A stretch of 61,353 nt of DNA, the filler included. It is 5 parts of 5 records of this genome, joined end to end, with 100 filler letters (N's around TTAATTAATTAA, not from the genome) between each part and the next. Parts side by side here need not be neighbours in the genome. Positions count along the whole stretch, not along the records: positions 31,819 to 48,022 come from SRR20825010_5453; positions 48,123 to 55,136 come from SRR20825010_5454; 3 more parts are not named here. One strand, written 5' to 3'. The position numbers and the translations under genes are program-made. Of the stretch, positions 37,722 through 48,597 are shown piece by piece. Position 1 is the first letter of the stretch. Each line of letters begins with the position of its first letter. A model generated the notes under the pieces. It worked only from the letters and a program-made list of their open reading frames with translations. It did no database searches and was not told the origin of the DNA.

Positions 37722-38012
37722 TTATTCCGAAAGTTGGGCAATACAATGGTCCAACTCCCTAATTAATGTGTTTATTTTAAGCTTAGCTTCGGTCTTATTA
37801 GTATCACTGCCCAGCATAGAACTCGCTAATTTTAGTGAATTGTATTTTTCCTGCCATTCATTCACCGAAACTCTTGTAGCTTCATGATCATTTTTTACAG
37901 CAACCAATTCTTCTTCCAATTTTATATTGGTATGGTGCAAAAGCTCCAGCTTATGCAGCAACTTACTAATTTTATTTTCTAAAGAATCAACAATATCTAC
38001 CAATTCACTCAT
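37722..38012 (-). CDS. ZapB-like coiled-coil protein
   Basis: All-helical 96 aa directly upstream of zapA, ending LIRELDHCIAQL. Confidence 0.75.
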   Translation of the reverse strand: MSELVDIVDSLENKISKLLHKLELLHHTNIKLEEELVAVKNDHEATRVSVNEWQEKYNSLKLASSMLGSDTNKTEAKLKINTLIRELDHCIAQLSE

Positions 38013-38207
38013 TTGCAAATATCAATGCATTTTACACAAAGTTAACACACCTCTTTATACTTAGCAATTCTTTTTTCATTTATTCTTAAAGTAAAATTTC
38101 CAACCTCAAGTTAAGAAAAAAAATTGACCCTTTTTATAAATTATATAACACAGACTTTTTTTTGAATTAGAACGGTATTAATTACTTTCGTACCAATAAT
38201 CACTTAT

Positions 38208-39896
38208 ATGAAAGGCTTTTTCTTAGGATTTTTTCTTTTTTCTTCAATCTTTTATGGGCAAGCTCCGTATCCAACGGATTTTTTCCGCCCCCCCTTGGAT
38301 ATTCCAATAGTTCTTTCTGGGACATTTGGGGAACTCCGATCCAATCATTTTCACGCAGGTATAGATATAAAAACGCAACAGCGACAGGGGTTACCGGTCT
38401 ACGCTATAGGTGAGGGTACGGTTACCCGAATAAAAGTATCGGAATGGGGCTATGGAAAGGGACTTTATATTGCCCATCCAAATGGCCACACTTCCGTCTA
38501 CGGGCATCTTCAAAAATTTTCACCCGAAATAGAAGCTTACGTAAAGAATGTGCAGTATCAAAAGAAATCATTTGAAGTGGAAATTTTTCCTCAATTTTCG
38601 GAGCTTAAGGTTCAGAAAGGTGATCTAATTGCCTATACTGGAAATACCGGTGGATCTGCCGGACCCCACCTTCATTTCGAAATTAGAAACAGTGCCTCCG
38701 AAATGCCGACAAACCCCCTCCTTTATGGAATAGAGGTTAGGGATGCCACAGACCCCACTTTATTGAGTGTCTATGCCTATCCCCTTTCGGATAACGCTCA
38801 GGTAAATCAGAGTCAGGAAAAAATAAAATTAAAATACCATAGACAAAGTGATGGCACCTATCTTGCAGACAAGGTAACTGCCCTTGGCACAATTGGTTTT
38901 GGAATAAATGCATTTGACCGCCAAGACCTCGCTGCCAATCAAAACGGAGTTTATTCCGTGAAACAAATAGTGAATGGAAAATTATACACCGATTTTAATT
39001 TTGAAACATTCTCATTTACAGAAAGCCGATACATAAACACCTTGATAGATTACAACCATTACAGTACCTACAGGGAAAGGATTCAGAAGTGTTTTAAGGA
39101 TGAAAGCAATCTTTTGGGTATTTACAGGACTATTTACAATAATGGAAAAATAGAGGTAAGTGAAGGTTTGTCCTATAATGTGGAAATTGAAATTTATGAT
39201 CTTGCCGGTAATCTTACCAAATTGGTTATACCTGTGGAAGGAAAGCATGAAGAAATTAAAATCCCAAAAATCGAAGAGAAAACGGATAACTATATTATTG
39301 CCAAGAAACCTAACAATTTTGATTTGGGGGCTGCAAAAGTATATTTTCCGGCCAATACGTTTTATGACAATTTTTATATCGATCTAAAAAATGGACAGGA
39401 TACTATTACCATTCACAACAGTAAGGTCCCAGCCCATAGAAACTTTACAATAACCTTTGATGTTTCAAAATATTCGGACGAGGAAAGGAAACAGCTATTC
39501 ATAGCAAGATTGGGCAATAATAGATCTGCAAATTACGCCTCTACCTATAAAAGGGGTACTACCTTTACCACAAGAACTAGGGATCTTGGCACCTATACCT
39601 TGGCAAAAGACACTGTTGCCCCACAGATTAGGCCTAAAAATTTTAAAGACAAACAGTGGCTTACCAATTACAGTTATCTAAGCTTAAAAATTACGGACGA
39701 CCTAAGTGGTATAGACACTTACAATGCAACCCTAAATGGTGAATGGATACTTCTGGAATATGAGCCCAAGACAAGTACCATTACCTATAATTTTGATGAT
39801 CTTATATTGGATAAAAAACAATGTGATTTGAAAGTAGTGGTTACCGATAATGTTGGTAATAGCAGTACTTTCACAAGTACTTTTTACAGAAAATGA
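38208..39896 (+). CDS. M23-family metallopeptidase
   Basis: FGELRSNHFHAGID (HxxxD), GPHLHFE (HxH); signal peptide. Confidence 0.9.
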   Translation: MKGFFLGFFLFSSIFYGQAPYPTDFFRPPLDIPIVLSGTFGELRSNHFHAGIDIKTQQRQGLPVYAIGEGTVTRIKVSEWGYGKGLYIAHPNGHTSVYGHLQKFSPEIEAYVKNVQYQKKSFEVEIFPQFSELKVQKGDLIAYTGNTGGSAGPHLHFEIRNSASEMPTNPLLYGIEVRDATDPTLLSVYAYPLSDNAQVNQSQEKIKLKYHRQSDGTYLADKVTALGTIGFGINAFDRQDLAANQNGVYSVKQIVNGKLYTDFNFETFSFTESRYINTLIDYNHYSTYRERIQKCFKDESNLLGIYRTIYNNGKIEVSEGLSYNVEIEIYDLAGNLTKLVIPVEGKHEEIKIPKIEEKTDNYIIAKKPNNFDLGAAKVYFPANTFYDNFYIDLKNGQDTITIHNSKVPAHRNFTITFDVSKYSDEERKQLFIARLGNNRSANYASTYKRGTTFTTRTRDLGTYTLAKDTVAPQIRPKNFKDKQWLTNYSYLSLKITDDLSGIDTYNATLNGEWILLEYEPKTSTITYNFDDLILDKKQCDLKVVVTDNVGNSSTFTSTFYRK

Positions 39897-39900
39897 AACA

Positions 39901-42369
39901 TTGAGACTTTTTAAACTATTTTTTCTTGTCGTTTTAGCATCTTCGGCAACCATTCTAAAAGCACAAACGGCTAGCATAACCGGTGTAGTTTTTGATGAAA
40001 ATCAAACACCTTTGTCCAATGTTAATATTGCATCCAATAACCAGGGTACTTTTTCCGATGCGAACGGGTTTTATATATTGGAAATTATAGCAGACCAGGA
40101 AATAACAATAACCTTTTCCCATCTAGGCAATGAAAAGCTGATTCTCAAAGATCTAATTCTAAATACCAATGAGAATTATGAATTTAACCCCGTTCTAAAA
40201 AATGAGGCCATACTTATTACCGAAGTTGTCGTAACCCCTTCGGGCAACAGGTACGCTGAGGGAATTACAACCATTTCATCAGATATGGCCAGAAATATTC
40301 CAGGACCCAATGCGGGAGTGGAGAACATCTTAAAGCTTTTGCCCGGGGTTTCCTCCAACAATGAGCTCAGTACACAGTACATGGTTAGAGGCGGCAACTT
40401 TGATGAAAATTTAGTGTATGTCAATGATATAGAGATCTATAGGCCCTTTTTAATACGCTCTGGACAACAGGAAGGCCTAAGTTTTATAAATAGTGATATG
40501 GTGGGAAACCTGCAATTTTCCGCAGGAGGCTTTCAAGCCAAGTATGGCGATAAACTTTCTTCGGTTTTGGATATCAGCTATAAAATACCTGTTTCTTTTG
40601 GACTTAAAATAAACGCGACCCGCCTAGGTACTTCGACCACTTTGGAAAGCGTATCCAAAAACAAGAGATTATCTTCCCTGACCAGCATCAGATCTAGGGA
40701 CAATAGCCTCCTTGTAAATAGTCAGAACATCAGTGGCAACTACGATCCCTCATTTTTTGATATTCAACAATATACTACCTATATATTTTCCAACAAATTT
40801 CGAATTAGCTATCTAGGAAATATTTCCATCAACAATTATAGAAACCAACCTTCTACCCGGCAGACCAATTTTGGGACCCTGAATGACATAAAAACTTTGA
40901 CCGTCTATTATTCAGGAAGTGAAAAAAACCAGTATAGGACCAACTTAAACGCCCTGAAAGCGGAATACCAATTAAATGACAGGACCACTTTAAAATTTAT
41001 TTCCTCCTTGTATTTTAATAGGGAGCAGGAATATTCCGATGTAATATCCCAATACCGGCTTAGTGATTTAAATACAGGTCTTGAAGACGATATCCTAGGG
41101 GAACCGACCCCTGTAAATGGCTTGGCCACACAATACAATCGGGCCAGAAATGATCTGGATGCCAAAATCTTCAATTTGGAACACAAAGGCCTCCACACCA
41201 AAGATGGAAAAGCCATTTCATGGGGACTTAAATACGAACACACCAATATTAGAGACCAAATTAGGGAGTCAGAATTCTTGGATTCTCTGGGATATATGGT
41301 ACGACCTCCCAATGCTGGTTATAATCGCAACGAACCTGAAATACCCTTTGAAGCTCCCCTATTGCCCTATGAGGGCATTATTGCCAGGAATTCGGTAAAC
41401 ACCCATAAACTTTCCGGCTTTGCGCAATACAGCTATAGAACACAATGGAACAACCATAGCATATATTATAACATAGGCGCCAGGGCAAGCCATTGGGTAG
41501 TGAGCGGCAAAAACATTAAAACTAGCGCACACACGATATTTAGTCCCAGGGCCCAATTTTCCATAAAGCCAAATTGGACAAAAGATATGCTGTTCAGACT
41601 CTCCGGGGGAGTCTACCAACAGCCGCCATTATACAGGGAACTAAGGGATAACAATGGCAATGTAAATCCGGAAGTGAAGGCCCAAAAATCCTATCATATT
41701 GTATTTGGAAACCAATACAGCTTTAAATTGTGGCAAAGGCCATTTACATTGAACGGCGAGGCCTATTGGAAAAAAATGTCCCATGTAAATCCCTACACCT
41801 TGGAGGATGTACGTATAAGATATGCAGCCCAAAACAATGCACAAGCCTACGCATATGGAGCAGAATTAAGGCTAAACGGCGCCTTTGTTCCCGGAACGGA
41901 GTCATGGTTTAGTTTAGGCTACCTCAAAACAGAAGAGAACATCAATGAACGTGGCTATATTTCTAGACCCACAGATCAGCGCTTAAAGGTCGGTATTCTC
42001 TTTCAGGACTATATGCCAGAGGTGCCGGACCTTAAAATGTACCTGAATCTGGTTTATAATACAGGACTGCCTGGAGGTTCACCTAGCTATACCGATCCCT
42101 ACCTTTATCAAAATAGATTAAGGGATTATAAGCGTGCAGATTTGGGAATTTCCTATATTTTTGTGGGAACCAATAAATCCAATGACAAAAATTCATTTTT
42201 ACGGGTTTTCAAGGATCTAAGTGGCGGCATTGAAATATTTAATTTATTCAACAACCAAAATTCCATAACCAACACATGGGTCAGGGATTTGGTAAACGAA
42301 CAACAATTTGCCGTACCCAATTTTATGACCGGCCGTATCTTAAATATAAAAATAGAGATGCGTTTTTAG
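39901..42369 (+). CDS. TonB-dependent receptor with N-terminal carboxypeptidase-regulatory-like domain
   Basis: SITGVV...GTFSDANGFY, LPGVSSNNE, VRGGNFDENL, C-terminal Phe; TTG start assumed. Confidence 0.88.
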   Translation: MRLFKLFFLVVLASSATILKAQTASITGVVFDENQTPLSNVNIASNNQGTFSDANGFYILEIIADQEITITFSHLGNEKLILKDLILNTNENYEFNPVLKNEAILITEVVVTPSGNRYAEGITTISSDMARNIPGPNAGVENILKLLPGVSSNNELSTQYMVRGGNFDENLVYVNDIEIYRPFLIRSGQQEGLSFINSDMVGNLQFSAGGFQAKYGDKLSSVLDISYKIPVSFGLKINATRLGTSTTLESVSKNKRLSSLTSIRSRDNSLLVNSQNISGNYDPSFFDIQQYTTYIFSNKFRISYLGNISINNYRNQPSTRQTNFGTLNDIKTLTVYYSGSEKNQYRTNLNALKAEYQLNDRTTLKFISSLYFNREQEYSDVISQYRLSDLNTGLEDDILGEPTPVNGLATQYNRARNDLDAKIFNLEHKGLHTKDGKAISWGLKYEHTNIRDQIRESEFLDSLGYMVRPPNAGYNRNEPEIPFEAPLLPYEGIIARNSVNTHKLSGFAQYSYRTQWNNHSIYYNIGARASHWVVSGKNIKTSAHTIFSPRAQFSIKPNWTKDMLFRLSGGVYQQPPLYRELRDNNGNVNPEVKAQKSYHIVFGNQYSFKLWQRPFTLNGEAYWKKMSHVNPYTLEDVRIRYAAQNNAQAYAYGAELRLNGAFVPGTESWFSLGYLKTEENINERGYISRPTDQRLKVGILFQDYMPEVPDLKMYLNLVYNTGLPGGSPSYTDPYLYQNRLRDYKRADLGISYIFVGTNKSNDKNSFLRVFKDLSGGIEIFNLFNNQNSITNTWVRDLVNEQQFAVPNFMTGRILNIKIEMRF

Positions 42370-42487
42370 TACTGAAAAAAGTTTTAATCACAAAATTGAA
42401 TAGCACATAGGGCAACAACATTAATTAGGTCCAATTGGAAGTATCCATCTAGATAATGTGCATTATATAAAGAACAAATAGTAATAG

Positions 42488-43141
42488 ATGAAAAATATTC
42501 TTGTAATAATTTCCGCCTTTATTTGCCTAGGTGTATCCGCTCAAAAGAACATTTATGAAAGCGAAAGGTTTGATGATTTGAGCCAAGATCATGCTAATTT
42601 GGCCATTATCCCGTTCTTGACCAATCTGGAATTGAAGGATGAAATATCCAGTGAAGAATTAAAAGATTTGGAAGAGAAGGAAGGCTACGCCGTACAGGAC
42701 GCCCTTGAAACTTATTTCTCCCAAAGAAAAAAGAAAAAGAAATTTTCCGTTGACTTCCAGAATACAAAAAATACCAATGCCATCCTTAAACAAAAAGGTA
42801 TTTCATACGACAACATAGATGTCTACAGCGTAAAGGAACTAGCACAAATTTTAGAAGTAGATGGCATAATAAGTGGTACTTTGGACTTAAATGTACTGCT
42901 ATCCAAAGGTGTCCCTACAGAATTTAGCCTTCTAGATTATATTAACGGTGATGCCAACTATGGCCGCATCGGAGTAAAAATAAGTGACGGTTTAACGGGT
43001 AAATTGCTTTGGAAATACGAAAAACAGATCAATAAGAAATCGGGGAAGAATACTACAGACCTTATCGATCTGATGATGAAACTTGCTTCCAGAAAATTCC
43101 CTTACGACAGGGAACGCCCCAGGGATCGAAAAAAGAACTAA
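42488..43141 (+). CDS. Exported hypothetical protein
   Basis: Signal peptide ending VSAQ; AIIPF, LEVDGII, GKLLWKY. Confidence 0.7.
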   Translation: MKNILVIISAFICLGVSAQKNIYESERFDDLSQDHANLAIIPFLTNLELKDEISSEELKDLEEKEGYAVQDALETYFSQRKKKKKFSVDFQNTKNTNAILKQKGISYDNIDVYSVKELAQILEVDGIISGTLDLNVLLSKGVPTEFSLLDYINGDANYGRIGVKISDGLTGKLLWKYEKQINKKSGKNTTDLIDLMMKLASRKFPYDRERPRDRKKN

Positions 43142-44286
43142 TTGGAACCAAATTCCTGTAAAACCTCAACAACATAATCCAATTCCTCTTTGGTATTATA
43201 TTTTGAGAACGAAAAGCGCAAAGAAGGCTTTTCCATGTCATCGGGCGAAAGTATTTCCTCAAGAACATGCGAACCAATATCGCTACCGGACTGGCATGCA
43301 CTGCCTTTGGAACAGGCAATGCCCTTTAGATCCAAATGAAACAATAACATCAGCGCTTTTTGGGAATCAAAAGGAAGGCGCACATTCACAAGGGTATAAG
43401 TACCGCCCTCCATGTCTCCGGAAAGACCATTAAAGGCGACATCGGGAATTGCTTTGGATATTTTTTCTATAAAATATCTTTTTAGCTCCATCACATAATT
43501 CATTTCCTCATCCAGGTGATCATAAGCCGCTTTAAAAGCCTCCTCCAAACCTACAATATTGTGAAACGGTTCAGTTCCGGCCCTAAAACCACGTTCCTGC
43601 GATCCTCCAAAAATCAAGGGCTTTAGACCAACGTTTCTTTTAATATAAGCAAACCCAACTCCTTTGGGACCATGAAATTTATGGGCCGCAGCAGTCAGGA
43701 AATGGGCTTTGGATTTCTGCACATCCCATGGGAAATGTCCTATGGACTGTACCGTATCCGAATGAAATAAGGCGTCATTTTCCAGGCATAGCTTGCCAAC
43801 CGCCTCTATATCTATAATATTTCCTATTTCATTGTTCACATGCATAAGGCTCACTAATTTTTTACTTCCATCCCTCTTCAACAGCGACTCCAAATGGGCA
43901 AGGTCCGGATTTCCTGAACCATCCAAATCCACAAACAACAATTCAATACCATATTCTTGGGCAAGGGCCTCCGCTGTATGCAATACGGCATGATGCTCTA
44001 TTTTGGAAGTAATCAAGGTTTTCACTCCAAGATCCCTGACACTGCATCTAAGAATCATATTGTCCGCTTCGGTACCTCCCGAAGTAAAGATTATCTCCGC
44101 TGGGTGAGCGTTTAAATACTTGGCAATAGTTTTTCTTGTTTTTTCAATAGCCGTTTTAGCTGTCCTTCCAAAACCATGGGAAGAAGATGGATTACCATAG
44201 CAATTTGCCAGGGCATCTTGCATTTTTGAGATCACTTCGGGTCTAACCTGCGTGGTTGCGGCACTATCCAAATAAACCTTTTTCAT
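43138..44286 (-). CDS. Cysteine desulfurase (IscS/NifS-like)
   Basis: YLDSAATT, GNPSS, FTSGGTE, AHKFHGPKG (PLP Lys), SKGSACQS. Confidence 0.92.
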   Translation of the reverse strand: MKKVYLDSAATTQVRPEVISKMQDALANCYGNPSSSHGFGRTAKTAIEKTRKTIAKYLNAHPAEIIFTSGGTEADNMILRCSVRDLGVKTLITSKIEHHAVLHTAEALAQEYGIELLFVDLDGSGNPDLAHLESLLKRDGSKKLVSLMHVNNEIGNIIDIEAVGKLCLENDALFHSDTVQSIGHFPWDVQKSKAHFLTAAAHKFHGPKGVGFAYIKRNVGLKPLIFGGSQERGFRAGTEPFHNIVGLEEAFKAAYDHLDEEMNYVMELKRYFIEKISKAIPDVAFNGLSGDMEGGTYTLVNVRLPFDSQKALMLLFHLDLKGIACSKGSACQSGSDIGSHVLEEILSPDDMEKPSLRFSFSKYNTKEELDYVVEVLQEFGSN

Positions 44287-44420
44287 TAAAAAATAGTTCA
44301 AATTAAAAACTTTCCCAACTCCAGGAAAGTTCGCCAAAATTACTTGAAATAAAGTTAATTTCCTGTAAAATGCTCATAAACCTCTAGGATTATAACCTAT
44401 ATTTCGATTAAATTTGAGGC

Positions 44421-44930
44421 ATGAAAAATCTCTTGACTTTCCTTTTGTGCTTATCCCTGTATTCATGCAATGATGGGGATTTAACCATAGAGACTATAGA
44501 CTTTGACGATATTGATATAGATTACTGTGAGACTACGGTAACGACCAGCACCACTTTATTCTTTAAAATTAACGGCAACGAGGCCCTAATACTCACCATA
44601 GCGAGTGGAACCCTTAAGAATGAAGCATCGGACGGTGAGGTAGAATATCCTATCTCAACTAGCACAACCCTTACCTATCGTGATTTTTCCGATGATGTTT
44701 CCAGTGATTATTTTTGCGATCTGATCCCTGTAACGGAGCCTACAGTAATGGAAGAAATTGAGGCAGAGAGTGGTTCTGTACTTATAACCACCACAGAAAT
44801 AGTTGATGGCGAGAACACTTCATATGAACATACCATAAGGCTCAGCGAGATTACCTTTATAAACGAATCCAACAATCAGCGGATAACCGATTTAAGTATC
44901 AATGATTTTGGGACTGTGACCACCAATTAA
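44421..44930 (+). CDS. Acidic lipoprotein, unknown function
   Basis: Lipobox LYSC followed by NDGD. Confidence 0.75.
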   Translation: MKNLLTFLLCLSLYSCNDGDLTIETIDFDDIDIDYCETTVTTSTTLFFKINGNEALILTIASGTLKNEASDGEVEYPISTSTTLTYRDFSDDVSSDYFCDLIPVTEPTVMEEIEAESGSVLITTTEIVDGENTSYEHTIRLSEITFINESNNQRITDLSINDFGTVTTN

Positions 44931-45479
44931 TTATGGGGTGTTCTGAAAAAAATATACTTCCGTAGCCCCCATACCGTATTTTTGGTAGTCCGCGTCATAA
45001 TACTTTGCGTTTTCGTACCGCTTAAAGAGATAATGCAGTTCTTCTTTTAAAATTCCTTCCCCTACTCCGTGAATAAAGACAACCTTTTGTATCTTTTTAC
45101 GAATAGCGAAATCCAGTTGACGTTTGGCCGTATCAAGTTGCAGGTTCAACATTTCAAAATTGGTCATTCCCTTTGTTGAGGGTGTTAACTTATCTATATG
45201 CAAATCAACTTCCATCTGTGGGGCGTACCGTTCCTTGGGCCTTATTTTCCTGCTGTGCCTATTCTTTGGCACTTCCTTCTCAGCCTTTATTTTGGCAACC
45301 TCAAAATTGGACACTTTAATAACATTGGAGCCGGAAACCTTCAATAATTCATCTGATGTATATTTCAATAAGAACCCGTCCTTGCTTTCCACTGTAATTT
45401 GCCCACCACTTATTTTTACCACAATACCCTGCACAATATCATCAATGGCTTCAACTTGATCTCCTACCTTAAAATCCAT
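44931..45479 (-). CDS. Smr/MutS2-domain protein
   Basis: EVDLHI, VFIHGVGEGILK, YGMGATEV. Confidence 0.88.
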   Translation of the reverse strand: MDFKVGDQVEAIDDIVQGIVVKISGGQITVESKDGFLLKYTSDELLKVSGSNVIKVSNFEVAKIKAEKEVPKNRHSRKIRPKERYAPQMEVDLHIDKLTPSTKGMTNFEMLNLQLDTAKRQLDFAIRKKIQKVVFIHGVGEGILKEELHYLFKRYENAKYYDADYQKYGMGATEVYFFQNTP

Positions 45480-45676
45480 TAGTTCTTTTCTTTGTCTTTT
45501 TCCCCATCACCATTTTGATCTATACTCCACAACTGTGTGGTCTTGTACAGGCCAAACATTAACAGGACAATTCCAATGCTCAACGCATATTCCCTTTGCA
45601 TTATATGGTCTCCCATCCAAGCAATTAGAGCTCCTGCCACAATCAGCACCAAATAAAAAGTCCGTTTTGTTTTCAT
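45479..45676 (-). CDS. Small 2-TM membrane protein
   Basis: Two hydrophobic helices; stop abuts the smr start. Confidence 0.65.
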   Translation of the reverse strand: MKTKRTFYLVLIVAGALIAWMGDHIMQREYALSIGIVLLMFGLYKTTQLWSIDQNGDGEKDKEKN

Positions 45677-45735
45677 TGCCCAAAAATAATAGTATTTTTC
45701 GGTAAAGAATTATATTAGTACTTTAAATAATCCTG

Positions 45736-46038
45736 ATGGCAATTCTCTTGGAACTGGAAAATTACATGCTGCCTTGTATGAACAAGCAGATTTTCGGCAT
45801 TGAGTGTCCAGGTTGCGGAATTCAACGGTCAATTTCCTATTTGTTGGATGGCAATTTTATAGAGGCCCTTAAGATATACCCGGCCATTTATACCATTATA
45901 TTTCTAGTTGGTTTTATTGGCGCCTCACTAATATTCAATATTAGAAATTCCTTCAAGATCAAAATCTATCTTTTATACCTAAACGCAGGAATCATAATAG
46001 TAAGTTACATTTACAAAATGGTTCATCTAATACATTAA
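45736..46038 (+). CDS. DUF2752 membrane protein
   Basis: PC...GIECPGCGIQRS. Confidence 0.85.
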   Translation: MAILLELENYMLPCMNKQIFGIECPGCGIQRSISYLLDGNFIEALKIYPAIYTIIFLVGFIGASLIFNIRNSFKIKIYLLYLNAGIIIVSYIYKMVHLIH

Positions 46039-46047
46039 AAAAGAAAT

Positions 46048-46386
46048 ATGGAACAACAAAAATTACCCAACGCAACACTAATATTGGTTTTCGGAATTAT
46101 TTCAATAGTTACCTGCTGCTGCTATGGAATTATTGGATTGATATTTGGGATAATAGGCCTTATTTTAGCAAAAAAAGCCACCATGCTCTACGCAGTAAAT
46201 CCCAGTATGTATGAAGGGTACAACAATGTTAAATTAGGAAAAACCTTATCGATTATAGGTATTGTTTTGAATATTCTGGTAATCTTCTTCTTCATTTGGA
46301 TCATCTCCATTATAGGTTGGGATGCATTACAGAACGAAGAACTTATGAGGGAGAGAATGGAAGATTATTTTGAAAACCTTCAATAG
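46048..46386 (+). CDS. CCC-motif membrane protein
   Basis: LPNATLILVFGIISIVTCCCYG. Confidence 0.82.
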   Translation: MEQQKLPNATLILVFGIISIVTCCCYGIIGLIFGIIGLILAKKATMLYAVNPSMYEGYNNVKLGKTLSIIGIVLNILVIFFFIWIISIIGWDALQNEELMRERMEDYFENLQ

Positions 46387-46423
46387 ATTTTATTACAACC
46401 CATCAATTTAATTAAGCATTTTT

Positions 46424-46708
46424 ATGGAAAATAACCAAACCCGTACCAAACCGAACAACTATTTGGTATTAGCTATTATAAGTACTGTATTCTGCTGCTT
46501 GATTCCCGGGATAGTGAGTATTGTGAATGCCGCTAAAGTAAATGAGGCCTATGCCCTTGGAAATTACGAACAGGCCGAAAGAGCCTCTAAAAATGCAAAA
46601 ACATGGGCTATTGTTGGTATTGCCATAGCTGGCTTATTTTGGCTCATATATATCGCTTTTTTTGGCCTTGCCCTTTTTGGAGGATTAATGAGCGGAGGTG
46701 ATTTCTAA
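46424..46708 (+). CDS. CD225/dispanin-family membrane protein (IFITM homolog)
   Basis: PNNYLVLAIISTVFCCLIPGIVSIVNAAKV...GNYEQAERASKNAKTW. Confidence 0.88.
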   Translation: MENNQTRTKPNNYLVLAIISTVFCCLIPGIVSIVNAAKVNEAYALGNYEQAERASKNAKTWAIVGIAIAGLFWLIYIAFFGLALFGGLMSGGDF

Positions 46709-47111
46709 GAATAGGAAAATATTTGGAGTGATAATTTTGGGAGTGGTATTCGTTGGAATACTGCTCCTTTATTTTTTCAACAACCCAAGTAATTCCAGGT
46801 ACTTTCCCCAATGTCCATTTTTGACTGCCACCGGCTATTACTGTACGGGATGTGGAAGTCAGCGGGCACTGCACGATTTGCTCCACTTGGATATAATTGG
46901 CGTAGCCAAACACAACCTACTTTTTTTTCCTGCGTTTTTATTGATTGCCTACCATTGGGTTCGAAGTTGTGCACCAGCAAAAGGCAAAGAAAGCTTACCA
47001 GATTTAATATATCACCCCAAAACTCCCATGGTGTTATTTATAATAATTACCCTGTTCACTATTTTTAGGAATATAAACCTATATCCATTTACCCTTTTGG
47101 CTCCAGAATAA
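46698..47111 (+). CDS. DUF2752 membrane protein (second copy)
   Basis: PQCPFLTATGYYCTGCGSQRALH, C-terminal FRNI; GTG start overlaps the CD225 end. Confidence 0.85.
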   Translation: MISKNRKIFGVIILGVVFVGILLLYFFNNPSNSRYFPQCPFLTATGYYCTGCGSQRALHDLLHLDIIGVAKHNLLFFPAFLLIAYHWVRSCAPAKGKESLPDLIYHPKTPMVLFIIITLFTIFRNINLYPFTLLAPE

Positions 47112-47140
47112 AAAAGCCCGCTATAAAATCAATAACGGGC
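47110..47140 (-). terminator. Intrinsic terminator of rocD
   Basis: Minus strand GCCCGTTAT-tgatttt-ATAGCGGGC-TTTTTT. Confidence 0.75.
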
Positions 47141-47163
47141 AATCTCTTTTAAAGAGTGAAATA

Positions 47164-48022
47164 TTATTTTTCGAATGTCTTTAGCGTCCGTACTATAATC
47201 CCAACACATTCCAAAAGTTGTTCTTTATTCATCACCAAAGGTGGAGCGAACCTGATAATATTTCCATGGGTTGGTTTTGCCAAAAGCCCATTATCCCGCA
47301 ATGCCAAGCAAATATCCCAAGCGGTTGAGCTATCTTCAGTGTCATTTATCAAGATGGCATTTAACAAGCCCTTGCCCCTAACTGCATTAACAATATTACA
47401 AGTGGGTATAAACTTATTGAGTTCTTCCCTAAATAGCACTCCCAATTGATATGCGTTTTCCGCAAGCCCTTCTTCTTTGACCACCTCAAGGGCAGCTATG
47501 CCCACCGCCGCTGCCACGGGGTTACCACCAAAAGTACTACCATGACTACCAGGTTTTATAACCTCCATGATTTCGTCATTGGCCAGAACTCCGGAGATAG
47601 GATAAGCCCCTCCTGAAAGTGCCTTTCCCAAAATTAGTATGTCCGGTTTCACCTCTGGAGTCCCACTGCAGTGCCTGTCAGGACAGCTACAATTGCCACA
47701 GGTAGCCAATAATTTACCTGTACGGGCTATTCCGGTCTGCACCTCATCTGCAATAAAAAGTACATTATGCTTTTTACACAGCTCTAGTGCCTTGACTAGA
47801 TAGTCATCAGAGGGCACATACACTCCGGCCTCTCCTTGTATGGGTTCTACTAGGAATCCAGCAATATTCCTATCGTTCTCCAAAACCTCTTCCAAAGCGT
47901 TTAGATTATCGTACTCAATCTTAATAAAGCCTTCCGTATAGGGGCCATAGTTTTTGCGGGCAATAGGGTCGTTGGAAAATGAGATGATGGTAGTTGTTCG
48001 TCCGTGAAAATTATTTTCACAA
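47164..48022 (-). CDS. rocD: Ornithine aminotransferase (5'-truncated)
   Basis: [53 protein letters not shown]. Confidence 0.92.
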
Positions 48023-48122
48023 NNNNNNNNNNNNNNNNNNNNNNNNNNNNNNNNNNNNNNNNNNNNTTAATTAATTAANNNNNNNNNNNNNNNNNNNNNN
48101 NNNNNNNNNNNNNNNNNNNNNN
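48023..48122. other. Artificial contig linker
   Basis: N44-TTAATTAATTAA-N44. Confidence 0.99.
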
Positions 48123-48597
48123 GACCTATGGTCGCGTGAATACGATGGGGGCCCGATATGCCTCGGTCATTACCCGCGACGCTATGGAATTTTTGATCCC
48201 CAACGAAGACCTGATCACACAACAGGTCATTAACTGGTCTTATAGTTCCAAGAATGTACGGTTGCGCGCTCCGATCGGGGTCTCATATGACACAGACATC
48301 CCAAAAGCCCTCAAGCTGATTGTGGGGGCGGCCGAGGAAGTTCCACGCGTGCTGAGCAACCCGGCACCAAAATGTCTGATGCGCGGTTTTGGGGACAGTG
48401 CGATTGATTTGGAGCTCAGATTCTGGATTGCGGACCCTGAAGACGGGTGCCGGAATGTGACGAGTGAGGTTCTTGTGAGTGTCTGGCAGCTTTTCAAGAA
48501 AGAAGGCATCAATGTACCCTTTCCACAGCGCGATATTCGTGTTGAAATGGTCAATCCCGGAACCTCTGTGTCGTCTGAAAGCAAGGGGGAGACATGA
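48123..48597 (+). CDS. MscS-family mechanosensitive channel (5'-truncated)
   Basis: LIPNE, VINWS, GVSYDTD, FGDSAIDLELRFW, GINVPFPQRD. Confidence 0.88.
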
